From Catajapyx aquilonaris (Eukaryota), in contig KZ538087.1 in NCBI GenBank assembly GCA_000934665.2, positions 109,131-129,130 on the forward strand: a stretch of DNA of 20,000 nucleotides, written 5' to 3'. Shown piece after piece: positions 9,151 through 19,220 of the stretch. Each line of letters starts with the position of its first letter. The stretch's first letter is position 1. The notes beneath the pieces were generated by a model that was given only the letters and a program-made list of their open reading frames with translations, searched no databases and was not told the origin of the DNA. A program made the translations under genes and the position numbers.

Positions 9151-11953
9151 TCCATTCAAATCAACTATTTAATTGCAATACTTATTCGTACGATGAAAAT
9201 AGTGTTGACCTACCTTCTTGAGTGTAACGATTTATAAGTTTTGATACGGTAATTTAAAATTTTTTAACTCTCCATGGTGACTATATTTAAAAAGCTGGTA
9301 TTAAAACTTTGTTGCATTTGACTATGTAATACGGCCAAAGGAGGTAAGTGGCAATATTGCACAAAATTTGATCTATTATATGAGCACCTAGCGCCGAAGT
9401 GCCCTCTTTATTACCTCAGTTTTTGAATGTCTGAAAAAATTCTAAGTTTAAAGCAGGATCCTTATAACAGCAATGAGCGAATATTCATGTACCGCTTTCA
9501 TAAGTTTTCACCTCTATTTTCTGAACACGAATGTGCTTGTTCTTTAAGTAATCAGTTCATACACTTTACAGGCTGACAAGCAAGAATAATTTGAAGATAA
9601 TCTAATTTTCTATCCAATTTGATGTTTTATTGGTGATGCATAAAAATCTTGATTGCTCTACAGAACCACCTGTGACCTGTATATTCCTGGGATTTTGTGG
9701 GAAAGTCAAAAGTGTTACACAAAGAAGCGATATATACAACCAACAGCCAATCGAATCTGCTGCAACTCCATTTCTCTCACCTCCCGTTTTACTGGGCTAT
9801 ACTCAACCTGCAAAAAAAATATAAAAAAATTATTGCAATATTATTTGCGCTTCTACCTGTCTCGTCTCCTTTAAGTGAGTTGTAGGCTAAATTGCGTTTT
9901 ATCTTCTGGTGCAGGAAGAGGGGTGGGGATTCGATTGACTATATTCGCCATGAATAATTTCGTCTCAGAGCCCCTTTTTCCTTTCTCACAGAATCCCAAG
10001 GTTTCACGGCAGATCTGCTCTAGGGTTTGAGTGGGATATCGAAAAAATTCAAACAGCTCTTGAGCCATCAAAGAAAAATATATTAGCGACTGATACATGG
10101 TTTCAAATCAACTTGCTGGAATCACAACAATTTTGCCCCTTAATCATTGATGGGCTGTAATGCTATAATGCCTCATGCAGTTACTTCAGCGTCATACTTG
10201 CTTATTTATACTGTAGCTTGTGCATACTTTAAAACCTAGTGTTTTATCAAAGGGCAGGGATAATTATGTACCCTGGTTGGTAATTTATGCGGCACGCGCT
10301 TACTGTCCACAGCAGAGAAAGCTTCTACTTCCTAAAATAATTTACGTGCATCTAAAGCCTAAGCTGCAGTAGGCAACAATCAAGTGTGTTTCCTGTACAC
10401 GTAGCCTACATATCGCTGTATTGAGATCCTTGAGGTCAACAAGGGTCACTTATTTTCCTTCACATTATGTCTTGAATTCCTAAGCTTGTAATAATGCATA
10501 GTATTTTTCTTCTGCTTTTGTAGTAGTCTTGAATGTAGGTCCTAAGATGTTTCGTACTTTCAAACGGTATAATAAGCTGCATGTGTATGACTGGCAGGTG
10601 CGGATCAGCTCAAGTACGTACTACAATGTACCCTACGCAACTAACTGCGCTTCACTTCTTCAGTTATTCTGGTCTTCCAAATCTGGAGGCTTACTGCATG
10701 GACACGCATGGCAGCATGACCCTTCACTGACCTTTTGATCCAGCATTTTGGACATATATTGAAAGGTACGCGTGGTGGTGGTGGTAAAATGTTTTATTTT
10801 GTGATATTTTAATGCTAAAACTCATTATTAGTGCATTTGTTACGTAAATTTAAACATTTTTATCAGTGTCTCAGTGTCCAGTGAATCCAGGCTTCAAGTT
10901 AGTTACTGATGACTTTCAAGTCCAACAGATAATCTCAAATTTAATTATACACTGGTAAAGCCGAAATAGTAATAATAAAATATAAGAAAAATCTGCAGAC
11001 AAAAATTGTGAGGCTCAGTTTCATGCTGTTAAAAAGAAAACGCTGACGATTGTTTCTATGTCCTGCATGTCACTTCTGAAGTTCCTCTGATATCTTTTGC
11101 TATTCTTCCCTTTTTAGTTGGATATGATCAAATGATTTAAAATTGCTGAGTGACTATTGTTCTAGCTCATAACACTTGTGCATGTTAAATCGCACTTCTA
11201 ATCTTACGCTTTAATTGGATTTGACCTTAAAACACACACTATAGGTTAAGTTCTTTGAACTTTGGAGCTAAATAGGTGATAAACGAAAGCGGAGTCCTGC
11301 TGACTGTGACTGACAGTGTTATTTTGAGACGATGTGTGTGTGTATGTGTGGCGGAAAGTACGTTAGCTAATTCTGTTGGCTTGAACAAGGCTGATCATCA
11401 AGCTAGTGATATAAATTTCTTAGGCAGATATGCATCAGTGAATAACATATAGATCCCAATAAGATATTAGGTGAAAGCTGTGCGAGAACACCCTGAAGAA
11501 TAACTCAAGTTAACTCGGTGGCAGGTTAAAAGGTGATATTTTAATCCTTTTAAAGACACTCTCCAATACCCGTAAAAGCCAAAAAAAAAATGGGCTAGAT
11601 TTAGCCCAGAATTTTGAATAGAGAGATGAAGCAGGGCATATAATCTTGAGAACTGGCTCGTTCAACGTTGTAAATGTACGTTTTTTTGCCGCTCAAGTGA
11701 AAGAATACATAAAACAAGACTTACCGGAATGACATGTGGTGACAATACCCTGGAAGACGGATTCAGATTTGTAAGAAGTTTGTAATTACACTGTGTGGTC
11801 GCGTGTAACGCAATAACTCATTCGTCGTTTTTTCTCATCAGCCGTTTATTTTTCCTCCTCCTGTGTGGAAAGTTCACTGAGATACATTACGGACAGAATG
11901 AGCTCGTGACATTTTTCCCTTTGAGTGTAAGGTGATCCAGTGCGATTCAGAAT

Positions 11954-12354
11954 TAGACCCCTGAGCCGAACACATACTTGCCGGCGGCGGCGCACGGTGC
12001 GGCGACGCGCCAACCTTCGCTAAAGTCGGTTAGCGGCGCGGCGACGCGCCGTCGTCGTTTTTCATCGTGTTCCGCGCCTTTTGTCGCAACGCTGGCCTTT
12101 CTCGCAAAAACTACCCACACCGACTTCAGATTAGAGTAAAAATTCTGACCCTCATGAGCAGTAGTGCAAAAAATCTGGCGGTGTCGGATGAGTAGGACTT
12201 CACGTAACCACACCAGTTGTCCATACTTTGAGAGCTCAAAAGCGATGTAACGTCAGAAGTGCATCATTCTGGTGCACCGCTGGACTACAAGTAGGCGGTG
12301 GTGCACCTGTAACAATTTGGTGGCTGCGACGTAGCGCGACGGCACAGGGGTCTA
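11954..12354. mobile_element. Non-autonomous hAT-type DNA transposon (MITE, 401 bp)
   Basis: TIRs TAGACCCCTGAGCCG (11954-11968) and CGGCACAGGGGTCTA (12340-12354) match at 14/15. The 8-bp TSD is TTCAGAAT (11946-11953) / CTCAGAAT (12355-12362). GC-rich subterminal repeats GCGGCGACGCGCC are present. TAG...CTA ends with an 8-bp TSD are typical of hAT elements. Confidence 0.85.
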
Positions 12355-13813
12355 CTCAGAATTAAGTGTATCTTCCTGTTTGCTCTATCTACAACCAAAA
12401 AAAAATATTCTCGATGTTCCCATTGTGGTATTTCTGTAACGGTGCTTTGTGATTATTGTACAGTATAAAAATGTTTAATTCCCTTTTATAAGGATTGAAA
12501 TAAACATTGAAACACTTCCCACCGGCTGAGTGCATTTCAGGAAACTCCCAATTAACTGCTTGCAATCGCCGTGCACGCGACAAAGACCTGCGTGTAATCA
12601 GAATTGCCGCGCGAACGCGAGGTCTTTGAGATGCAAGAAAAATCATTCCCAGACACCCACATCCTGGCTCCGGCACTTCTTTTGGCCGCGTTCCCAAACA
12701 CCCTCATTCTCTCTTGAAATTTGAGAGATTTGGCCAGAAGAGCAACACTTGTAGTGTGGTCTACAGTCCTCTCTGGAGTCTCTCCAAATGAGTGAGGAGG
12801 TCGCCAAATGGAACCCGCTCCCAAACACTGGTTTGGTTCCCAGTAGTATTCCTCACCGAAGGTGAAACATTTCGAAATTATGTGGCCCACCCAAGGCAGC
12901 TGCTAATAGGAGATGAGGTTTGGAACTGCTACACATTATAACTCAGCTATGTCTCACCTAGTCTGCGTTGGTGTGCGTTTTACGAGCGTACGTTGAGCAT
13001 CTGCTGGCACTTCAAACGATACGCCTACATAACGTTAAAAATTGTTATTGTTTATACTATTACGCATAGTTCCCAGGTTTGTCGGCTACAGTGTGGTTTA
13101 CTCATAAATTATGAGCGATGAAACATGATAGGCCATGTTAGGAGGGCTCTTACGATCTGTTAAAATAATGGTAATGTTCAGGGTCCAGAGGACATCAGGT
13201 AACAGTAAGTGTTGTGGAAAAAAATTAATTAAAAATTGAAGTTATATTGCTCAATAATTGATAATTATTGCACGTTCATTCAGTTACCTGGCCAATAATT
13301 ATTATTGTGCTAATTCTCGTAACTCTGAAAAATGGGTCTTCAAATAATTTCAAGGCATGTTTCGAAAGAATAATCCTGAGGCTGTAGTACTGCATTTATA
13401 GACAAATACTGTATTTACATACACTTTTGTACCACAATGCATAATTATTTTTGTGATAGCCGTATAGTACCTGGATCAGATGCTTCTACAGATGCGACAG
13501 TAGAATAATATCTGGCAAAATCCTAACACTCGGACAGGTTGGCCAGCCTTTAAGTTTAAGATAACAATGGTCACAGTATACATCAAGTTGTCAGACGTCA
13601 CAGTATCCCGCGTGTATCTTGCCTTGCTCAATTTTACCTCGAAAATAACTATGGTTCGTTTCAGACTGTAACTCACATCTATATCGACGAAAAAAATCTC
13701 TTGCATGTTTCATTTTGCTGTGTGCCTCGGTAATTTTTCGTTTGTTCCCAATAATGACATGAATAAGTGAAAGAATGTTTTTCTTATTATTTTGTTCTAC
13801 AAGTTGAGAAATA

Positions 13814-14524
13814 CAGGGCCATCGAAAAAGAATGTCCAATTTTTTTTTAAAAAAAACCTATAACTCGAAAACTTGCAGCCATATCTGAGTGATATAAGTT
13901 TTGAATACTAAGAAAGGTCTAAAGTTTTGGTTTCAGCTTAGTTTGTTTCGATTTGTGCTTCATTTGTCGCTTAGCAGATAAAAAAGGCGGTATATATGGT
14001 TTCGAGCCCAACCTGCTTAATGACATTTGCAGTTACCGCTGCAATCCTATCCAGTAAGTGCTGGATATCTCGGATATTTACACCACAGACATTGTTCTTG
14101 ATGATTCAAATAAAAAATTCGCCTCATCCATGAAATAAACCTGCCATAGAAAAAATTCATTTGTTCAGCCTCCCAGTGTGACAAGTCTTCAATGAGGAGT
14201 TTACCAATGCCTAGCCCCTAGTCCAGAAGCGCAGATTTTACTCCAATTGATTTTTATGTGGAGATGCATGTATAATGAACAGATTCAGCATCTTCAGCAC
14301 CTACGGGAAAAGATTTCATAGGTAACGATAGACATGTCTGAGCTGGTTAGGTAGGACACCGATTACTTTATTTACATTTTTTGAGCGACAAATGGAGCTC
14401 ATATTGAAACAAACCAAAACTTTAGACATTACTTAACATTTCAAAACTTAAATCATTTTGATATGTCTACAAGTTTTCGAGTTATAGGGTTTGAAAAATG
14501 GGACATTCTTTATCGATGACATTG
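13814..14524 (-). mobile_element. Degenerate, internally deleted Tc1/mariner element with long TIRs (DUF4817-associated transposase type)
   Basis: TA flanks at 13812-13 and 14525-26. Imperfect inverted repeats 13814-13971 and 14384-14524 share, for example, CCTATAACTCGAAAACTTG and TCTAAAGTTTTGGTTT. The minus strand at about 13937-14116 gives a decayed transposase C-terminus FI*IIKNNVCGVNIRDIQHLLDRIAAVTANV...ATNEAQIETN*, resembling 'FFLWGYVK..VY...I.D..EL..RI..A...V....RATNGAHIE'. Confidence 0.85.
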
Positions 14525-16740
14525 TACTATAGAACTGAAAGTAGCGAATTTTCAATTTTTTGCTCTTAAATCACCACAGAATGCCCTGGGAATCAGTCAG
14601 ATTTCCAATTTTTAATACACATTTACTACATGGCAAGGGTAGATTATATTTAATTTTTATAGCCGAAATTGTTCAAAAACTATTTAAATCATATTTAATC
14701 AAAGCAACGTTTTTCACAATTTGGCACCACTTCAAATAGCGTATTAACAATGCAAATGAATAAGTTGTTTCAAAAACGACTTGTCATTTTTGAGTTAACA
14801 CTGCCATGTTGCTTCTTATGTTTCAACGCATGTTATTAATGAAAACGGTATCACTCAAATGCTTTTGCATAATTATGATAAATTGGGTACACTTATTTGG
14901 AGCAAGGAATTAACTCGACTCCGTCGCAGAGTTCCCTTGCCATTTTCCAAGTTGGCAGAATTATGCGTTCTTCCCTCCCAGATTCGTGTCTCACTGAAAA
15001 TTGCACAATGTGAGATTGTTACATGTACAGTACTTGAGACATTTGAGAATATATGTGATATTTTCGCATGGTTGCATTTTAGATATGCTATCCACTAGAA
15101 ATATTCAAAAAGTCTTCGCACGTGTGCCTGGCACAGTAGTAATGTATAAGGATAAGGCAGGGCTTATGAAATAATATGAAAATCACTTCCACACACATTA
15201 TCGATTCATATCCATATAGTTACAAGATATTACAATGTTACAAAGATATTCATAACTTTTTGCCTTCCAGGAGAACAGCGTCATAGCGTGTCCTCCAGCT
15301 AAGGAGCAAGTAGCCGGCAACTGTGGGCCCGGCATAATAAGTGACAGGGGAGAGGCAGTAGAGGCTGCCATGGTCTCCCATAGTCGCCATGGTTCGCCAA
15401 GGTTGATAGGGACATGTGCCAACGTTCCCCAAGCAAAATGTGCCATCATGCCCTGTATGCATTTTTTACCTTTCGAGTCCTCCTATTCTTGAGTGACAAA
15501 TATTAAATGGCCATTTATGCTGTCATTTTGTAGGCATTTTTAAAACTGATTATAAAACATCAAGCTTCCGAATAATTGTGTCACACTATTTGATCTCCTA
15601 AGCTCAGCCACTGAGGTTGGAAATGACTATAGTTACTCTCAATACTACTACAACTTGAAATGAAACAAAATGGCAGGCCTATTTCATGCTTATTTGTTGT
15701 TGTGTGATTGTATGTGATTCGTAGTTTTAGAAGAAGTAAGCTCATTCCTGATGCTGACACCGCCTAGTTCTTCACCAGTGTTTAAATCATACATGCATGG
15801 AGTATAGTATTTTGAAGCTCTGTGCATCCTGAGCTCATTACAGGCTCTAGGCTCATATTGCAGGCTGTAGGCTACTTGATGACGAATAAGGCCCAGTTCC
15901 ACCACAAAAGATGAGCCGACGCGACGCGACGGTTTCACGGATGTTATTGTCGGCAACAGGCAATCTACTATAAATAACTAATCCTATGTAGATACAGTAT
16001 ACAACCGGCCATTATTAAACAGCTGAAAAACACATTTAACATGAAACATCTCAGCTAACCTTTTGATTTCTGAGAAAATGAAGTGTTGACCTTTTAAGAG
16101 GCCTCCGCTAATATAATAATGTACGGTATATAGTGTATATAGTATACGACTGAGAGAGGAAACAATGCCTCGTCCCATTTATTCGAAAATCTCTCGTTGT
16201 TTGCTCATGCATCCCTCTGCCATCTAGCGACAATCGTTACAACGTTGTTTGACAACAGTATTACTACTGTAGTATTACCGTACTGTGGTGAAGGCTGGTG
16301 AAGGGAAGTATACGATGCTAACCGGTCACATTATTCTAGAAATCGCTTGTAAATATAAAGTGAACAGCAGTTAATTTTTTAATGCTATAGTATAGGCTAC
16401 ATTTACCTATGCATACCCGCCCGATTTTCACAGTCGGTAATTTTCATTTTGATACCTGCTACTCGGCACAAGTGAAAGTGATATGATCTGGCTTCATAAC
16501 AGGACGTCTGAAAAAATTAATATACTTATAACGTTACATATGAATACAGTAACATACACGTAAATATATTTCAGAGTTGAGCTCTTCACTGCTAGCCTAC
16601 TCATTGCTCATTAAACAGCCTTTCCAGCAGTAGCCTATAGAAATACTGTATAACTACACGCCAAATTAACATGTTGAGGACTAAGTTTCTTGTTGTTTTT
16701 GTGGTTTTTGTTTCTCTTACTTTGTCCAAAATTCGATGTA

Positions 16741-17028
16741 CGAGGGCGAAACAGAAGGTAATTGAAAACTTTTCAAATTCAGAAGTTACACTAGAGAAAC
16801 TGAAACTGAGATATTCACATGAAATGGCAAGTCTTTCTCTAATTTTAGACAGTCACCATACACTTTGGTGCATGTGTCCCAGCGGGACACTAGTTTTTCC
16901 ATACCTCTGCAGAAAAAAAGCGTCAGACTGGGTGGGAAACCAGTGTGGGATGGCCTCTTTCACTTCCTCGATGTCGCTGAAGTTCTGACCTGCCAGGTGC
17001 TTCTTCATTGGTCCAAAGAGATGGTAGA
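16741..17028 (-). mobile_element. Mariner transposon 3' fragment (frameshifted transposase C-terminus + one TIR)
   Basis: TA|CGAGGGCG mariner-like terminus at 16739-16748. The minus strand encodes YHLFGPMKKHLAGQNFSDIEEVKEAIPHWFPTQSDAFF, then after a 1-nt frameshift in the A7 run (16913-16919) CRGMEKLVSRWDTCTKVYGDC. This is the canonical mariner C-terminal pattern (YHLF..LK..L.G..F....EV....W......FF..G..KLV.RW..C....GD). Confidence 0.9.
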
Positions 17029-17298
17029 CCATAGTTAAAACAATCTCTTTGGACCAAAAAAGAAGCACCTAGCTGGTAGGTCAGAACTTCAGCGAGGGTG
17101 GGAAACCAGTGTGGGATGGCCTCTTTCACTTCCTCGATGTCGCTGAGGTCTTGAGAAGCTAGTGCTTCTTTTTTGGGCCAAAGAGGTGGTTTTAACCATG
17201 GTCTAACATCTCTTTGGGCCAATTAAGAAGCACCTGGCAGGTCAGAACTTTAGCGACATCGATGAAGTGAAAGAGGCCATCCCACACTGGTTTCCCCC
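16930..17298. repeat. Double foldback (two inverted hairpin units) built from mariner coding sequence
   Basis: 16930-16980 is identical to 17096-17146 (51 nt). 16974-17022 is inverted at 17043-17095, and 17100-17185 is inverted at about 17208-17296. Confidence 0.93.
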
Positions 17299-17478
17299 TT
17301 AGAGAGATAGGTACTGTACAGGGAACGGTCATGCATGCCCATGATGAAAACACCTTCATAAAAAAATTTACAGTAGGGACGTAGTGTACAGTACATATAT
17401 GTACAGTATTATCCGTAGAGAACATATGGGACCAAAGTACAGTAGCCTACAGTACAGCGTTACATGATTCTGCGATAT

Positions 17479-18373
17479 CCTCCTGAGACCTGGTGTCGAC
17501 ATATGTCGACATCAGCAAAAGATTTTTTTGGCGCCAACCAGTGATGCCAACAGAACTGTAATAGGCTGGTATCCCATGGTTACAATCTGGCCTCAATAGC
17601 TGTAGCCACCTAGCGTCGAATATCTGGCTTGGGCCGCGAAAATTAAATCGCGGACAAAATGGCGGATTCCGCTGCTGAAGCTAGGCGCTCATCTGATCAG
17701 TTTTATTTTTTTACTCATATTTAGAATGCGATTTTCGCAATGCAGTGAATGTCCTGGGATTCGCAAGGAATGTGTCTTAGGAACTGCGAAAAGATGATTC
17801 TGTGACAATCTTTGTTGCTGTAGAGAACTGGTCATTTTCTTTTCTTCCTGAGACCAAATGTCCATTTAAATGGACATCCGAAAAATGGCATTTTTAGCTG
17901 AATGGGTGTGACTTTTCTTTACGTGCCTGTACCTATACACCCATAAGGAAGTGGGCTTTTCACTATGGTGTTCAGTTTTGAAATCTAGAATAGCAAGGTA
18001 CCACTTTAGCGGGTAAGAAGGGAAAGAGCAAGCCCCATCCCTAAAGTGGTGGCGTTAAAAAATAATTTCATTATCTTTAATTGTCTTCTGAGAGGAATTG
18101 CTACCACGAATACCACAAATAAATTTTAAAAACATTGTTTGGAGGATAGAGAACTATGTGAGTGATCCATTAAGTGGTATTTCAATTTTCAGCTTCCATC
18201 CGTTCTGCTTTTGTAGCACCAATTGGGTCCTAATGTTCTCATTGGTTGTTTGTCGCCATTTTTGTAGATATTTTAAAACTAAAATTTTTTTCTCGTTTCT
18301 TATTGGGAACATGTTCAGAAAATGCAATAGGAACTGACATTGCGTTAAAAAATTCTTCTCAGGTCTCAGGAGG
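17479..18373. mobile_element. Non-autonomous piggyBac-like DNA transposon (895 bp) flanked by ATAT
   Basis: Perfect 14-bp TIRs CCTCCTGAGACCTG (17479-17492) and CAGGTCTCAGGAGG (18360-18373), with ATAT on both sides (17475-78, 18374-77) and CC...GG termini. Subterminal palindromes are present. The superfamily assignment is an inference. Confidence 0.8.
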
Positions 18374-18383
18374 ATATGGACCC

Positions 18384-18710
18384 TCACTTTTTACAAAAGA
18401 AATCAGTCAGCCTGGACTGTTTGAGTTTGGCCACCGTAGACACCATGAGTTCAGTTTCGCCGAGTTTTCGGGCTGCATAAATGGTGTCCATCACTTTTGG
18501 GTGGGAGGCCAAGGCATATCGCTCCAATTGCTTAATGCCCTCTAAAGCATCCTTGTGGGAAAGCGGCACATTGTCACAACCACTTGCCTCGGTCTCACTC
18601 ACTTCACCGTCTGACTCACTTTCTGATTCTTGCATCACTTGCTTTAACATTTCGTCTAGATTCCCATCACATCCATATTCGGTTGTTAAGATGTTATCAT
18701 AGCTGATCAT
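18384..18710 (-). pseudogene. Tigger transposase C-terminal fragment with PCNA-interacting (PIP) motif
   Basis: 108-aa ORF ending LKQSRLTDFFCKK*. The HTH and DDE domains are absent because the ORF starts only about 265 bp from the 5' TIR. Confidence 0.75.
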
Positions 18711-18975
18711 GCCACTTGCAGTGGCTAACTCGCATTGATAGTCCTCAGAAAGGGCAAAAACTTCAAATGGCCTGAAAAATCAGCAGGCTGGTTGGAGATT
18801 TTTGATCCCATTCACTGTGTACCTGTCCAACTTAGGTGACAAAAAGCGTCTAACTTCCAGGATAGAGGGGTGTCCAACTTAAGAGCTAATGTGCCCATAC
18901 AAATGGATAGGCTTTTCCACGGTTCCGCCAAAAATGTCCAACATATAGGGGTGTCCAACAACAGGGGTTTTACTG
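18384..18975 (-). mobile_element. Internally deleted Tigger/pogo-like element (5' TIR + transposase C-terminus)
   Basis: Minus-strand terminus TA|CAGTAAAACCCCTG at 18977-18962, with four subterminal TGTCCAAC repeats in about 18824-18959. ORF 18384-18710 has an acidic tract (ESESESDGEVSETE), SHKDALEGIKQLERY and terminal KQSRLTDFF (QxxLxxFF PIP box), all typical of Tigger/pogo transposase C-termini. The partner TIR was not found. Confidence 0.85.
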
Positions 18976-19220
18976 TATTAAACTCAAGTAGGCTGGTGGC
19001 AAAAAAATGAGTAACAAAGGCAGACACTTCAATTGGAATCCCCAGTATTTCTAACCATGATCATTGCCAGAGGCACTTTGCTGCCATATGAATTTGGCAG
19101 TTTCATGAAGTAAAAAATTCCGAAAGAGATTTTACAAGCTCTGCCTGAATGACAGAAATAATAAAAAAATCGTCACCTTACAAATTCTGTGCATCTCTAG
19201 GGCAAGCTTTCGCCATGGGC

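Noticed and set aside
9871..10143. Possible TTAA-flanked (Kolobok-like) element ending GCCCCTTAA
   Set aside because: No matching left TIR was found.
10906..11046. Intronic C/D-box snoRNA (CTGATGA ... CTGA)
   Set aside because: The C box lacks the leading purine, and there is no terminal stem or recognisable rRNA guide.
15159..15455. Possible hAT element bounded by CAGGGC...GCCCTG
   Set aside because: Only 6 bp of terminal match and no 8-bp TSD. It may be TE debris but the ends cannot be defined.
15690..15956. 88-aa minus-strand ORF
   Set aside because: Non-ATG start and no recognisable motif or splice context.
16930..17298. CRISPR-like repeat array
   Set aside because: The copies alternate in orientation, have no unique spacers and translate as mariner transposase. 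The context is eukaryotic and there are no cas genes.
18384..18773. Exonisation of the Tigger PIP-box ORF as an alternative last exon of the SOCS-box gene via the acceptor-like tttttcag at 18772
   Set aside because: That acceptor needs a phase-2 intron, whereas the SOCS exon is entered in phase 1, so the same upstream donor would not join in frame.
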